A DNA stretch of 32,000 nt from a cyanobacterium endosymbiont of Braarudosphaera bigelowii (lineage in GTDB: Bacteria; Cyanobacteriota; Cyanobacteriia; Cyanobacteriales; Microcystaceae). Position 1 is the stretch's first letter. Every line of letters begins with the position of its first letter. A model generated the notes under the pieces. That model was not told the origin of the DNA, ran no database searches, and saw only the letters and a list, made by a program, of their open reading frames with translations. The position numbers and the translations under genes were made by a program. Shown here in pieces: positions 17,871 to 26,102 of this stretch. Location: NCBI RefSeq assembly GCF_020885515.1, contig NZ_AP024987.1, forward strand, positions 1 through 32,000, read 5' to 3'.

Positions 17871-19273
17871 TCATAACTGCTTTGTATCTCTAGATCATCA
17901 CAATTTTCTGAACTGCTTACATTTTTAGCTAAAAGATCGTAATTAATAGAAGATTGTCTTTGAATATGAATTTGTCTTAGTCGTGGACCTTCAGACTTAA
18001 CGACAGTAAACAACAAATTATCATACTTTAATGTTTCTCCTTGTATAGGAATTTTTTGCCACTGATATGATAAAAATCCTCCTAAAGTCTGATATTCATC
18101 TATCAAAGGTAAGTTAAGCCCTAACACATTATTGAGTTCTTCTAAATTTAATTGAGCCTCTATTAAAAAATTATTTTCATCAATTATTTTCAATATCTCT
18201 TTTTTCTCAGTTATATCTTCTGAATCGTTACCTAAAATTTCTTCAATTACATCTTGTATTGTAATTAGTCCAGACGTTCCTCCAAATTCATCTACTATGA
18301 TTACCATTTTCAGCTGTGACCTTTGCATCAAAGATAATAACTCATCAAGAGGCATTGATTCTGAAACAAATTTCACTGGTTTGGCCCAGTCACAAAGAAA
18401 AGAATTTGAACTTAATTCTCCTTTTGCTAAAGGCTCAGCCAAGTCTTTAAAATCTATAATGCCTAAAATATCATCAAGAGAATCACCTTTGATTGGATAA
18501 CGAGAATGTCCAGTTGTAGTTACTTCTTCTAATAATTCCTCAAAAGTAGTGGTTTCAGAAACAGCAATTAATTGAGTACGAGGAACCATCACCTCCATTG
18601 TTGTAACTGTACCAAATTCAAAAATATTTTTAAGTAAAGCTCTCTCCTGAGCCTCTAAGCCTGTTGATTCTCCTTCTGTAGATATGATGAGTTGCAATTC
18701 TTCAGGAGTAACCTGACTATATCTTTCCTCTCCTGTATATCTAATTCCTATACTACGTAATAAAAAGCGTGTTGATTGATTTAAAATCCAAATAAAAGGA
18801 TTAAAGATCTGAGATATAACTCTAATTGAAGGTCCTAAAAATCTAGCTAACTGTTCAGAATATAATAAGGATAGTGACTTAGGGCATAATTCTCCCAAAA
18901 TAATTTGCAAGTAAGCTAAAAATAGAAAAGCAAAAGGTATAGCAATACTATGAGACAAACTTATACTTATAAATCTGGGAAATGGCAATTTTGTTAACAC
19001 TTCTATTATTAACTGAGCCATAACACTTTCTCCAACCCATCCTAAGGCTAAGCTAGAAAGTGTTATACCTAGTTGTGTTGTCGATAGCAAACGATCAAGG
19101 CTACGCTGTAAAGATTGAACTGTTTGTGCTTGAATATCTCCAGCTTTAACTAATTGACTAATTCTTGATCTCCTAACCGAAACCATTGAAAATTCTGCTG
19201 TAACAAAAAATGCATTGATAACTATAAGCAAGAAAACTGATAAAACCCTTATTAAAATATCTGAAGTTGACAT
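17861..19273 (-). CDS. CNNM/CorC/TlyC-family transporter (DUF21 membrane domain + CBS pair + CorC_HlyC)
   Basis: 470 aa. N-terminal 4-TM DUF21 (VINAFFVTAEFSMVSVRRSRI, QLGITLSSLALGW), a CBS pair (VMVPRTQLIAV, MVIIVDEFGGTSGLITIQDVIEEI), and a C-terminal transporter-associated domain (TLGGFLSYQWQKIPIQGE). Confidence 0.9.
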   Translation of the reverse strand: MSTSDILIRVLSVFLLIVINAFFVTAEFSMVSVRRSRISQLVKAGDIQAQTVQSLQRSLDRLLSTTQLGITLSSLALGWVGESVMAQLIIEVLTKLPFPRFISISLSHSIAIPFAFLFLAYLQIILGELCPKSLSLLYSEQLARFLGPSIRVISQIFNPFIWILNQSTRFLLRSIGIRYTGEERYSQVTPEELQLIISTEGESTGLEAQERALLKNIFEFGTVTTMEVMVPRTQLIAVSETTTFEELLEEVTTTGHSRYPIKGDSLDDILGIIDFKDLAEPLAKGELSSNSFLCDWAKPVKFVSESMPLDELLSLMQRSQLKMVIIVDEFGGTSGLITIQDVIEEILGNDSEDITEKKEILKIIDENNFLIEAQLNLEELNNVLGLNLPLIDEYQTLGGFLSYQWQKIPIQGETLKYDNLLFTVVKSEGPRLRQIHIQRQSSINYDLLAKNVSSSENCDDLEIQSSYDGE

Positions 19274-19302
19274 ATCTCAAATGTGATAATTAATAACAAT
19301 TA

Positions 19303-19965
19303 TCAGATCACAGGAATATTATTTATATTGAACTTGAGCTTTCTATCAGGATAATTGGTTAATTTTAAAGATAGAGTTGTACTTCCCTTAACAGAGAAGT
19401 TCGGAATTCTTATTTCTCCACTAAAAACATTACTCTTAGGTGGTAAAACATCTGGAAGGCCTCTTATGATTGCTCCAAGAGAATACCTCTGATCATCATG
19501 AATTTCTAAAGAGCTATAAAGAAATTTAATCTCATCAGCTCCTCTATTCTGTAAATTAATTTTTAAAAGCATTGTTTCTCCATCATTTAAAGCTTCTTTT
19601 ATTTCTAAAATCACCTCTTGATCTACAACCTGCAAAGGTAAACTTTGTGAAGTTTTATTATAAATATTCTGAATATTATCTTTTTGAAATTTATTTTTCT
19701 GAAAACTTACTAATTCTTTCTTTTGATTAGTATAGTCGTAGACTTTACTTAATACAGTTTTTTCATCCATAGGCTTAAACTTAGTAGGTTTAGTAAATGT
19801 ATTAGAAGTATCTATCAGTTTTTTACTGGGATTAGTACTTAATTGATTTACTCCTTTAAGAGCTTGAGAACCTGCTTCATAAGAGAAATAAGCCCCTACT
19901 ATACCGGTACCTAACATAAGCAGTGATAATAATACTGTAAGCTTCACAGTTGAATTTGTTTTCAT
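19303..19965 (-). CDS. Hypothetical signal-anchored/secreted protein, possible C-terminal beta-sandwich domain
   Basis: 220 aa from the ATG at 19965 (the ORF-track start at 19986 is a TTG). N-terminal helix LTVLLSLLMLGTGIVGAYF. The C-terminal about 100 aa show an alternating beta pattern (MLLKINLQNRGADEIKFLYSSLEIHDD ... FSGEIRIPNF ... LSLKL). 29 nt upstream of the CorC-like gene on the same strand. Confidence 0.6.
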   Translation of the reverse strand: MKTNSTVKLTVLLSLLMLGTGIVGAYFSYEAGSQALKGVNQLSTNPSKKLIDTSNTFTKPTKFKPMDEKTVLSKVYDYTNQKKELVSFQKNKFQKDNIQNIYNKTSQSLPLQVVDQEVILEIKEALNDGETMLLKINLQNRGADEIKFLYSSLEIHDDQRYSLGAIIRGLPDVLPPKSNVFSGEIRIPNFSVKGSTTLSLKLTNYPDRKLKFNINNIPVI

Positions 19966-20090
19966 CGTGTTGATTACATAATACAAAATTTTTCTTGATT
20001 ATAATAATTTAGTGGAATACTGACGCAAATATTTCTATCTATTCATTATTGCGCTATAATGTACTAACTTGAAATAGATTCAAGCTAATT

Positions 20091-20163
20091 CCAGGGTTGG
20101 CCGAGCGGTTGAGGCAACGAACTCATAATTCGTGCAAGGCAGGTTCAACTCCTGCACCCTGGA
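20091..20163 (+). tRNA. tRNA with CAU anticodon: lysidine-type tRNA-Ile2 (favoured) or elongator tRNA-Met; 73 nt
   Basis: Acceptor CCAGGGT/ACCCTGG (C1:G72), D-arm TGGCCGAGCGGTTGAGGCA, anticodon arm ACGAA-CTCATAA-TTCGT, T-arm GCAGG-TTCAACT-CCTGC. No initiator features (no 3 G:C in the anticodon stem, 1:72 is paired). D and T arms resemble plastid trnI-CAU as I remember it. A perfect TATAAT lies at 20055-20060. Confidence 0.85.
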
Positions 20164-20391
20164 TTCAAAATTATCCTATTCAGATAATAGTAAAGTAAAT
20201 ATATTTAAGTTTTATCTTTCTTAAAAACTTAAAGTACCCCCATGCCTATTTTGCTTAACTATCACCAAGCTCTCTTCTTAATTTCCTCCTAACAAGTAAT
20301 TATTGTATTAAACAAATTAGATTGAGCGCAATAGTCGTCATAAAAGTGAGCTCGGAATTAAGTTTTTCAATGGGATCGCGAGATTATACTT

Positions 20392-21093
20392 TTAAAATTC
20401 TCTTACTACAGGAATATTGTCAACAATTTCACCTATTAAAATTAAATTTGCCACACCAACGAATAGGCCATTGTCTAGAACACCTGGAATATTATTAATT
20501 ATTGTTTCTAAACTCTTTGGATCATCGATATAGTCAAATTTAGTATCGATGATTAAATTACCTTGATCTGTAACGATTGGTCCAGCTTTTCTAATACCCA
20601 TTCGTAAATCAGGGTTACCTCCAAGTTCTTTCAGTTTCTCCATTACTGGGGTAAGAGCCTTGGGGATTACTTCAACCGGTACTGGAACAGTAGAACCTAG
20701 CGAATCTACTATTTTGTTACCATCAACTACTACAATAAACTTTTTGGCAAGACTATCAACAATTTTTTCTTGAGTGTGGGCAGCACCACCACCCTTAATA
20801 AGATTTTTCCTCGGATCAACCTCGTCTGCACCATCAATAGCAATATCGATATGGTCTACCATATCTAAAGTACTGAGGGGAATATTATATTTTTTAGCTA
20901 AAACTTCTGCTTGAAATGATGTCGTAATACCTATAATGTTTTTCAAACTGCCAGATTGCAAACGTTTCCCAATATGCTCTATGGCATAAGCAGTCGTAGA
21001 TCCTGTACCTAAACCTATAATGGAATTAGACTCAATATATTCAGCAGCAGCTTTCCCTACTTGCTGTTTCATAATTACTATTGGATCAGTCAT
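20392..21093 (-). CDS. rpiA: Ribose-5-phosphate isomerase A
   Basis: 233 aa. [48 protein letters not shown]. Confidence 0.95.
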   Translation of the reverse strand: MTDPIVIMKQQVGKAAAEYIESNSIIGLGTGSTTAYAIEHIGKRLQSGSLKNIIGITTSFQAEVLAKKYNIPLSTLDMVDHIDIAIDGADEVDPRKNLIKGGGAAHTQEKIVDSLAKKFIVVVDGNKIVDSLGSTVPVPVEVIPKALTPVMEKLKELGGNPDLRMGIRKAGPIVTDQGNLIIDTKFDYIDDPKSLETIINNIPGVLDNGLFVGVANLILIGEIVDNIPVVREF

Positions 21094-21153
21094 CTATTAA
21101 CTCCTTTGAAGTTGATTAAATTCTACTATTGAATTTCTTAAATTCAATAAACG

Positions 21154-21196
21154 ATAGGGGATGAGGCAGCCTTTAGCTCATAAATCCATCCCTTAT
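21154..21196 (-). terminator. Hairpin downstream of the RRM-protein gene (10-bp stem including GGGATG/CATCCC, 23-nt loop)
   Basis: Pairs 21154-21163 with 21187-21196 (one G:U). On the minus strand it is followed by CGTTTATTGAATTT. 22 nt after the stop at 21218. Confidence 0.4.
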
Positions 21197-21217
21197 TTAT
21201 CATTTATCTATTACTCT

Positions 21218-21670
21218 CTAACTTTTGGAAGATGTTGCTAACATTTGTTTCAGTTGAGTTAATTGTTCTGCCCAACGAGGATCAGGCTGAAAACCTTCAT
21301 TTCCAGAATTTCCATTTGATGATTGAGTTCGATTATCACGCTTTTTATTGGTACTTTTTTTAGCTTTGTTAGGCATAGGCTTACTATCAGTACTTTCATC
21401 TGAAGACTCTTTTCCTTTAGCCCTAGGAAGAGCTTTTTCGATCTTAAGTGGGTTTTCCATAAAAGATTGACCATTATATTTTTCAATAAACGCATCAGCT
21501 AATTCATCTGTAAGAACAGTGACGAACGCAAAGCCTCGACATTTTCCTGTTTTACGTTCTTTAATAACTTTGATCGATATGGTGTCACCAGCATCGACAA
21601 ATAGTTCTTCCAGAGTTTGGCGTTCAATATTTTCTTTAGGTAAATTACCTACATATAAGCGAATAGACAT
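21218..21670 (-). CDS. rbp: RRM-type RNA-binding protein, type II (no Gly-rich tail; Rbp3-like)
   Basis: RNP2 LYVGNL, RNP1 KCRGFAFVTV. The C-terminal extension ends with PDPRWAEQLTQLKQML, which I recall as the conserved motif of cyanobacterial class II Rbp proteins. GGAGG (complement of 21682-21686) lies 11 nt upstream of the ATG. Confidence 0.9.
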   Translation of the reverse strand: MSIRLYVGNLPKENIERQTLEELFVDAGDTISIKVIKERKTGKCRGFAFVTVLTDELADAFIEKYNGQSFMENPLKIEKALPRAKGKESSDESTDSKPMPNKAKKSTNKKRDNRTQSSNGNSGNEGFQPDPRWAEQLTQLKQMLATSSKS

Positions 21671-22644
21671 TTTAGGATGTACCTCCAGTAATTGAGTTGA
21701 TAAAATTTTTAGTTAACTCTCATTTTAAGAGTTATATATTTCAGCCTTAAGCAGATTAGGAAAATAGTTTCTTCATAATCTTTCATGCTATTAATAAGAC
21801 TTGATTTTGTTATGTGGACCTGTTCTCTTCAAAACTAATTTTCCTTTAGTAAAGTTAATATATCCAAATAGATTACCAAAATCTGATTTCATTTCATTTA
21901 CTAACAAATGTAGATAAAACAGATACTACTTTTCTAGATTATTACAGATTGTATAGACGATTCGCCAAATAATTCAAAAAAAATAAAAAAAGTTCTAAAT
22001 GATTTTCAATTTTTCTGAATTTGATGGCAAGTAATATTTTTTAGTAATTATTTTTCAACTGATCATTTAAGTTATTAATTATAATATCTTCAATTATTAA
22101 TTACCGAATATATTTTCATTTTTATATAAAGATTTCTGAAATTCATATTAGTAGAATTTATATATATACATTTGACTTTTACTGATTTTTGATAAGACTT
22201 TATAAAAATCAGGTCCTAAACAAAAGCTACATGGAGTAGATACAATGAAGCTTTTATTGTATAGTCTCATCGAAAAAGATAAACTTAGCATTCTTTTCTT
22301 GCAATTTATTTCAAGAATTACTCTCAACTATGGTGAGAAGTTGAAAAAAATGACATCTCATACCTTATTAAGATTTCGTAAATTTATTACTTTAAAAATT
22401 AACGAATAACTATACTGCATCTGTTGATTTTGTATTTAGAACCAGAAGTTATGGATTGTTAAATTAATGATATCTTATACAATTATTTATAGATCAGGTA
22501 TCTATAAAGTTACTTATTCTTCTTTGTAAAGAAATATAAATTTTTTCTATGTGGTTACTTTTATCTATTAACTACAAACGAAGACTGCGATAACCTGTAC
22601 TCATCTAATTTTTATACTTACATTTAAGTAATACCTTGTTTTCT

Positions 22645-23598
22645 ATGGTTGTTTCTAATCGTTTAATTCGTATTGGTTCTCGAAAAAGTCAATTAGCATT
22701 GGTACAGACTTATTGGATAGAAGAGCAACTACGAAAGTATTATCCTAATTATGAGTTTCAAATAGAAACCATGAGTACACAAGGAGATAATATTTTAGAT
22801 GTTGCCCTTGCAAAAATTGGAGATAAAGGACTATTTACAAAAGAGTTGGAAATAGCTATGCTGCAAAATCGAATAGATTTTGCAGTTCATTCACTAAAAG
22901 ATCTTCCAACCAATTTGCCAGAAGGTTTAATACTAGGCTGTATAACAGAAAGAGAGAATCCTGCGGACGCTCTCGTAATTAATGAAAAATACAAAGCCAA
23001 CAATTTATCTACTTTACCAGAAGGGTCAGTAATTGGGACATCATCCCTTAGACGCTTGGCTCAGCTTCGCTACCATTATCCCCATTTAATTTTCAAAGAT
23101 ATTCGTGGTAATGTTAATACCCGTCTGGCCAAACTAGATGCTGGAGACTATGACGCTATTGTTCTTGCCGTAGCAGGATTAAAACGTTTAAATATGGATA
23201 GCAGAATTCATCAAATTATTCCGGAAGATATTTCTTTACATGCTGTGGGACAAGGTGCTTTAGGTATAGAATGTAGAGCAAATGACTCTAAAACCTTAGA
23301 ATTACTTAACGTTTTACAACATTCAGAAACCCATTACCGCTGTATAGGAGAACGTTCATTCTTAAGAGCATTAGAGGGAGGATGTCAAGTTCCTATCGGA
23401 GTTAGTACTAAAATAGAATGTAATATATTGACTTTAACTGGAATGGTAGCAAGTCTGGATGGAAAAACTATGCTAAAAGATACTGTTTCCGGTCATATAG
23501 AACAAGCAGAAAATCTAGGATATCAGTTGTCTGTCTCTCTGCGTAATGCAGGTGCAACAGAAATTTTAGAAAAAATATTTGCTGAAATTAGGCCCTAA
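22645..23598 (+). CDS. hemC: Porphobilinogen deaminase (hydroxymethylbilane synthase)
   Basis: [54 protein letters not shown] (cofactor Cys). The ORF track starts at TTG 22636; the ATG at 22645 is preferred. Confidence 0.95.
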   Translation: MVVSNRLIRIGSRKSQLALVQTYWIEEQLRKYYPNYEFQIETMSTQGDNILDVALAKIGDKGLFTKELEIAMLQNRIDFAVHSLKDLPTNLPEGLILGCITERENPADALVINEKYKANNLSTLPEGSVIGTSSLRRLAQLRYHYPHLIFKDIRGNVNTRLAKLDAGDYDAIVLAVAGLKRLNMDSRIHQIIPEDISLHAVGQGALGIECRANDSKTLELLNVLQHSETHYRCIGERSFLRALEGGCQVPIGVSTKIECNILTLTGMVASLDGKTMLKDTVSGHIEQAENLGYQLSVSLRNAGATEILEKIFAEIRP

Positions 23599-23604
23599 TA
23601 TAAC

Positions 23605-23663
23605 TTTTTGATTTATTAAGAACAGCTGCGATGATCTCAATACTGTTTTTAGTAAATCAAAAA
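23605..23663 (+). terminator. 21-bp hairpin (2 G:U, no mismatches as RNA) with 17-nt loop, 7 nt after the hemC stop
   Basis: 23605-23625 pairs with 23643-23663, verified position by position. No canonical U-tail follows (ATTATCTTTATTG). Confidence 0.45.
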
Positions 23664-24070
23664 ATTATCTTTATTGATATAGAAACTTTATGTTCTTTTT
23701 ATTAATCAGAATATATTCTATGAAGGCTATTTATAAATTCTTATATATTCTTGTAAATTTGTATTTGTTATTATTCAAAATAAACAATACTTACTTAAAT
23801 GATTTTTCAGTATAAATATAAGAAAATTAAAGCTTTTTCCGAATATTACTTGCAGAGAAGAATACTAGCAAGTACACCAAGTATAAAGCAGTAGCTTAGT
23901 GATAATAAGTCAACAAGAATAACTCTATTGCTCTAAAATCAATTTATATCTTTATGCTACGATAAACCAGGAATAAGTAGTCTCTATAATTGAGAAACTA
24001 GTAAATATAAGAGCTTTCTCGAAGAGATTATGATCATTAATTTAGTTCTATTCAATATTATTTAAAAAAT

Positions 24071-24424
24071 ATGTCACAAGAAAAAGGAAAAGGTTTTGGA
24101 TTTGGATTAGGAAAAATTAAAGAACTTCAAGAAGCCTTTAAGAAAGCACAACAAGTTCAAGCTGGGGCACAACAGCTTCAAGAGGAACTAGAGAAAATGG
24201 GCATTGAGGGTTATAGTGACGAAACCAAGTTAGTTACAGTAATCATTAGTGGAAATCAAGAACCTCGTGAAGTTATTATTAGTCCAAGTGCTATGGACAA
24301 AGATCCTAATGCTTTATCTGAACTTGTAACAATGGCAATGAGAGACGCCTATAATAAATCAACGGAAACAATGAGGGAAAAAATGGAAGTTCTTACTAGT
24401 GGACTAAATTTACCTGGAATGTAA
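24071..24424 (+). CDS. ybaB: Nucleoid-associated protein YbaB/EbfC family
   Basis: 117 aa. Typical layout: N-terminal Gly/Lys-rich segment, helical [23 protein letters not shown], core beta region [18 protein letters not shown], then helix [20 protein letters not shown]. Confidence 0.88.
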   Translation: MSQEKGKGFGFGLGKIKELQEAFKKAQQVQAGAQQLQEELEKMGIEGYSDETKLVTVIISGNQEPREVIISPSAMDKDPNALSELVTMAMRDAYNKSTETMREKMEVLTSGLNLPGM

Positions 24425-24436
24425 ATTAAAGTATTT

Positions 24437-24471
24437 GGGAAATTGGGTAGATCATCTTCCCCCAATTTCTT
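24437..24471 (+). terminator. ybaB terminator hairpin GAAATTGGG - 13 nt - CCCAATTTC (plus 2 G:U), followed by TTAACTTG
   Basis: 9 Watson-Crick pairs (24439-24447 with 24461-24469), verified. Begins 13 nt after the stop. Confidence 0.5.
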
Positions 24472-24580
24472 TAACTTGAACCATATCTAAATCTAACAAA
24501 AAAATTATTATGCAAAACAAATTGCTTTAATAATAAATTAACTTGTTATCTAATATTCCGAAATGTAAAATATATTAAGT

Positions 24581-24997
24581 TTATTCCTTAAGTCTAAGAT
24601 TATCTAGATATCCTGTCCATTGTGCCGCTAGAGAAATATCAGTAAACGGAATTGTAATAGTGGGTTCATCTGATTTTTTAAAAATAAACCGTATTAGAGC
24701 TATCCCTTTTTTAGGTAAGTTATCTAAATCAGCAACATTATTATTAATCAATAATGTTACTGATTGAACATCATTTAAAGAAAAACTAGGCAAATTATTT
24801 GGAATGTTTCTTTTCGGTTGACCCCAAGTTACTTGTTTATTTTTAAGTCCGATAACAGAATATATATCATATTTAGCTGTATCAAAGCCTTTTGACCATA
24901 GACTATAAGCTTCTAGCTTTTGATATTCATTCCACCCATTCCAAGTTAACCAACTAAAAAATACGAGCAAAGGCAACCACATAAGCCCTCTTTCCAT
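24581..24997 (-). CDS. Hypothetical membrane-anchored protein (138 aa)
   Basis: Single N-terminal helix (LMWLPLLVFFSWLTW) and Trp-rich NGWNEYQKLEAYSLWSKGF. Coding-like composition with no overlapping alternative ORF. No family recognised with confidence. Confidence 0.6.
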   Translation of the reverse strand: MERGLMWLPLLVFFSWLTWNGWNEYQKLEAYSLWSKGFDTAKYDIYSVIGLKNKQVTWGQPKRNIPNNLPSFSLNDVQSVTLLINNNVADLDNLPKKGIALIRFIFKKSDEPTITIPFTDISLAAQWTGYLDNLRLKE

Positions 24998-25643
24998 TAT
25001 TAAATTTCCTCGTCGTTACAAAATAGATACTTTAGAATAATAGATTTACATCCTAAGCAAGTTAGTTGTTTTAATAATAGGAATATTATCACAATGTAGA
25101 GAAGTAAGCTTTATTATTAAAAGTTCATATTTTTCTATACATTTAGTAGTATTAGTTTGTAAGATAAAATAATTAATATATCGTGTACAGATATATTGAT
25201 TTAATAATAAAAGCAAATATCTTAAGTATTATTAATTTGAATATATGTTTTTAATATTGATGTATGTATTTATAAATATATAAGCTATAGATACTGGGTT
25301 CTTTAACCGTAATTTAGATTACGTAAAAAATATTTTTGGTATGATAATGACCTTTAAAAAAGTTATATATTAGTATAGAAAACGTTTGAATTTGATTTTT
25401 AGTCAAAGGCGCTATGGTAGCAGTAATTACTAAAAAATATAAACTAATATTATTGCTTTAGTATCTATTACTAATTAGAATTAAGTACTTTTCAGAATAT
25501 ATAGCTTAGAAATTTGTTTTTGTTGTATTCAAACAACTTTTCTTTGAAATAAACACTATAGAAAAGACAATATTTCTAGAAAAATACATAATAGGTTTAC
25601 TAAGAATTAATTATTCTCGTATGAGGTTTTTATAAGCACTACA

Positions 25644-25970
25644 ATGAATAACTTAAAAAATGATATTAAATCCATTGTAAATTTGATGAATATCACAATT
25701 ACCAGTCTTGTCGTAATTATCATTTTTATTATTGGAATATCCAATCTTACAGAAAATTCACAAAGTCGTCATATTAGACAATTTGCTGAAAAAAAACTAC
25801 GATTATTTTCTAGAGGATATAGTCTTGACACCATTAATTGTGATGGTGTTGATATTAACCATAATGGATTTGTTAATTGTAGGGCAAGCGATAGAAAACA
25901 AAATATTATTTTGTTGGAATGTCCCTATAAAGAAAAGAATAGTAGGTGTAATTATTTATTTAAAAAATAG
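25644..25970 (+). CDS. Hypothetical small signal-anchored protein with a 4-Cys C-terminal domain (108 aa)
   Basis: TM helix ITITSLVVIIIFIIGISNL. Cys at residues 66, 79, 93 and 102 (CDGVDINHNGFVNC ... LLECPYKEKNSRC). An overlapping 80-aa ORF in another frame (25732-25974) makes the call less certain. Confidence 0.4.
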   Translation: MNNLKNDIKSIVNLMNITITSLVVIIIFIIGISNLTENSQSRHIRQFAEKKLRLFSRGYSLDTINCDGVDINHNGFVNCRASDRKQNIILLECPYKEKNSRCNYLFKK

Positions 25971-26102
25971 CTAATCATGTCATAGAAGAGAATTTTTATA
26001 TCTACAAAGTTTATGATTAATTTTAGCAATACCTCTTCGAGATAAACTATTCGTTATCTATTTAAGTTAACCTGTCAATTCTTTGAAGAGAAATATATTT
26101 TA

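Noticed and set aside
18297-18500. 67-aa plus-strand ORF antisense to the CorC-like gene
   Set aside because: It is a shadow ORF within the CBS-domain region.
20204-20233. 10-bp hairpin TTTAAGTTTT / AAAACTTAAA downstream of the CAU tRNA
   Set aside because: It has a single G:C pair, so the predicted stability is too low to call a terminator with any confidence.
21259-21495. 78-aa minus-strand ORF in another frame of the rbp gene
   Set aside because: It overlaps the RRM-protein frame, which has clear RNP1/RNP2 motifs.
25732-25974. 80-aa plus-strand ORF overlapping the 108-aa ORF in a different frame
   Set aside because: The 108-aa frame starts earlier and has a cleaner TM anchor plus a spaced-Cys domain. 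The 80-aa frame has no anchor or motif. Neither frame is proven.
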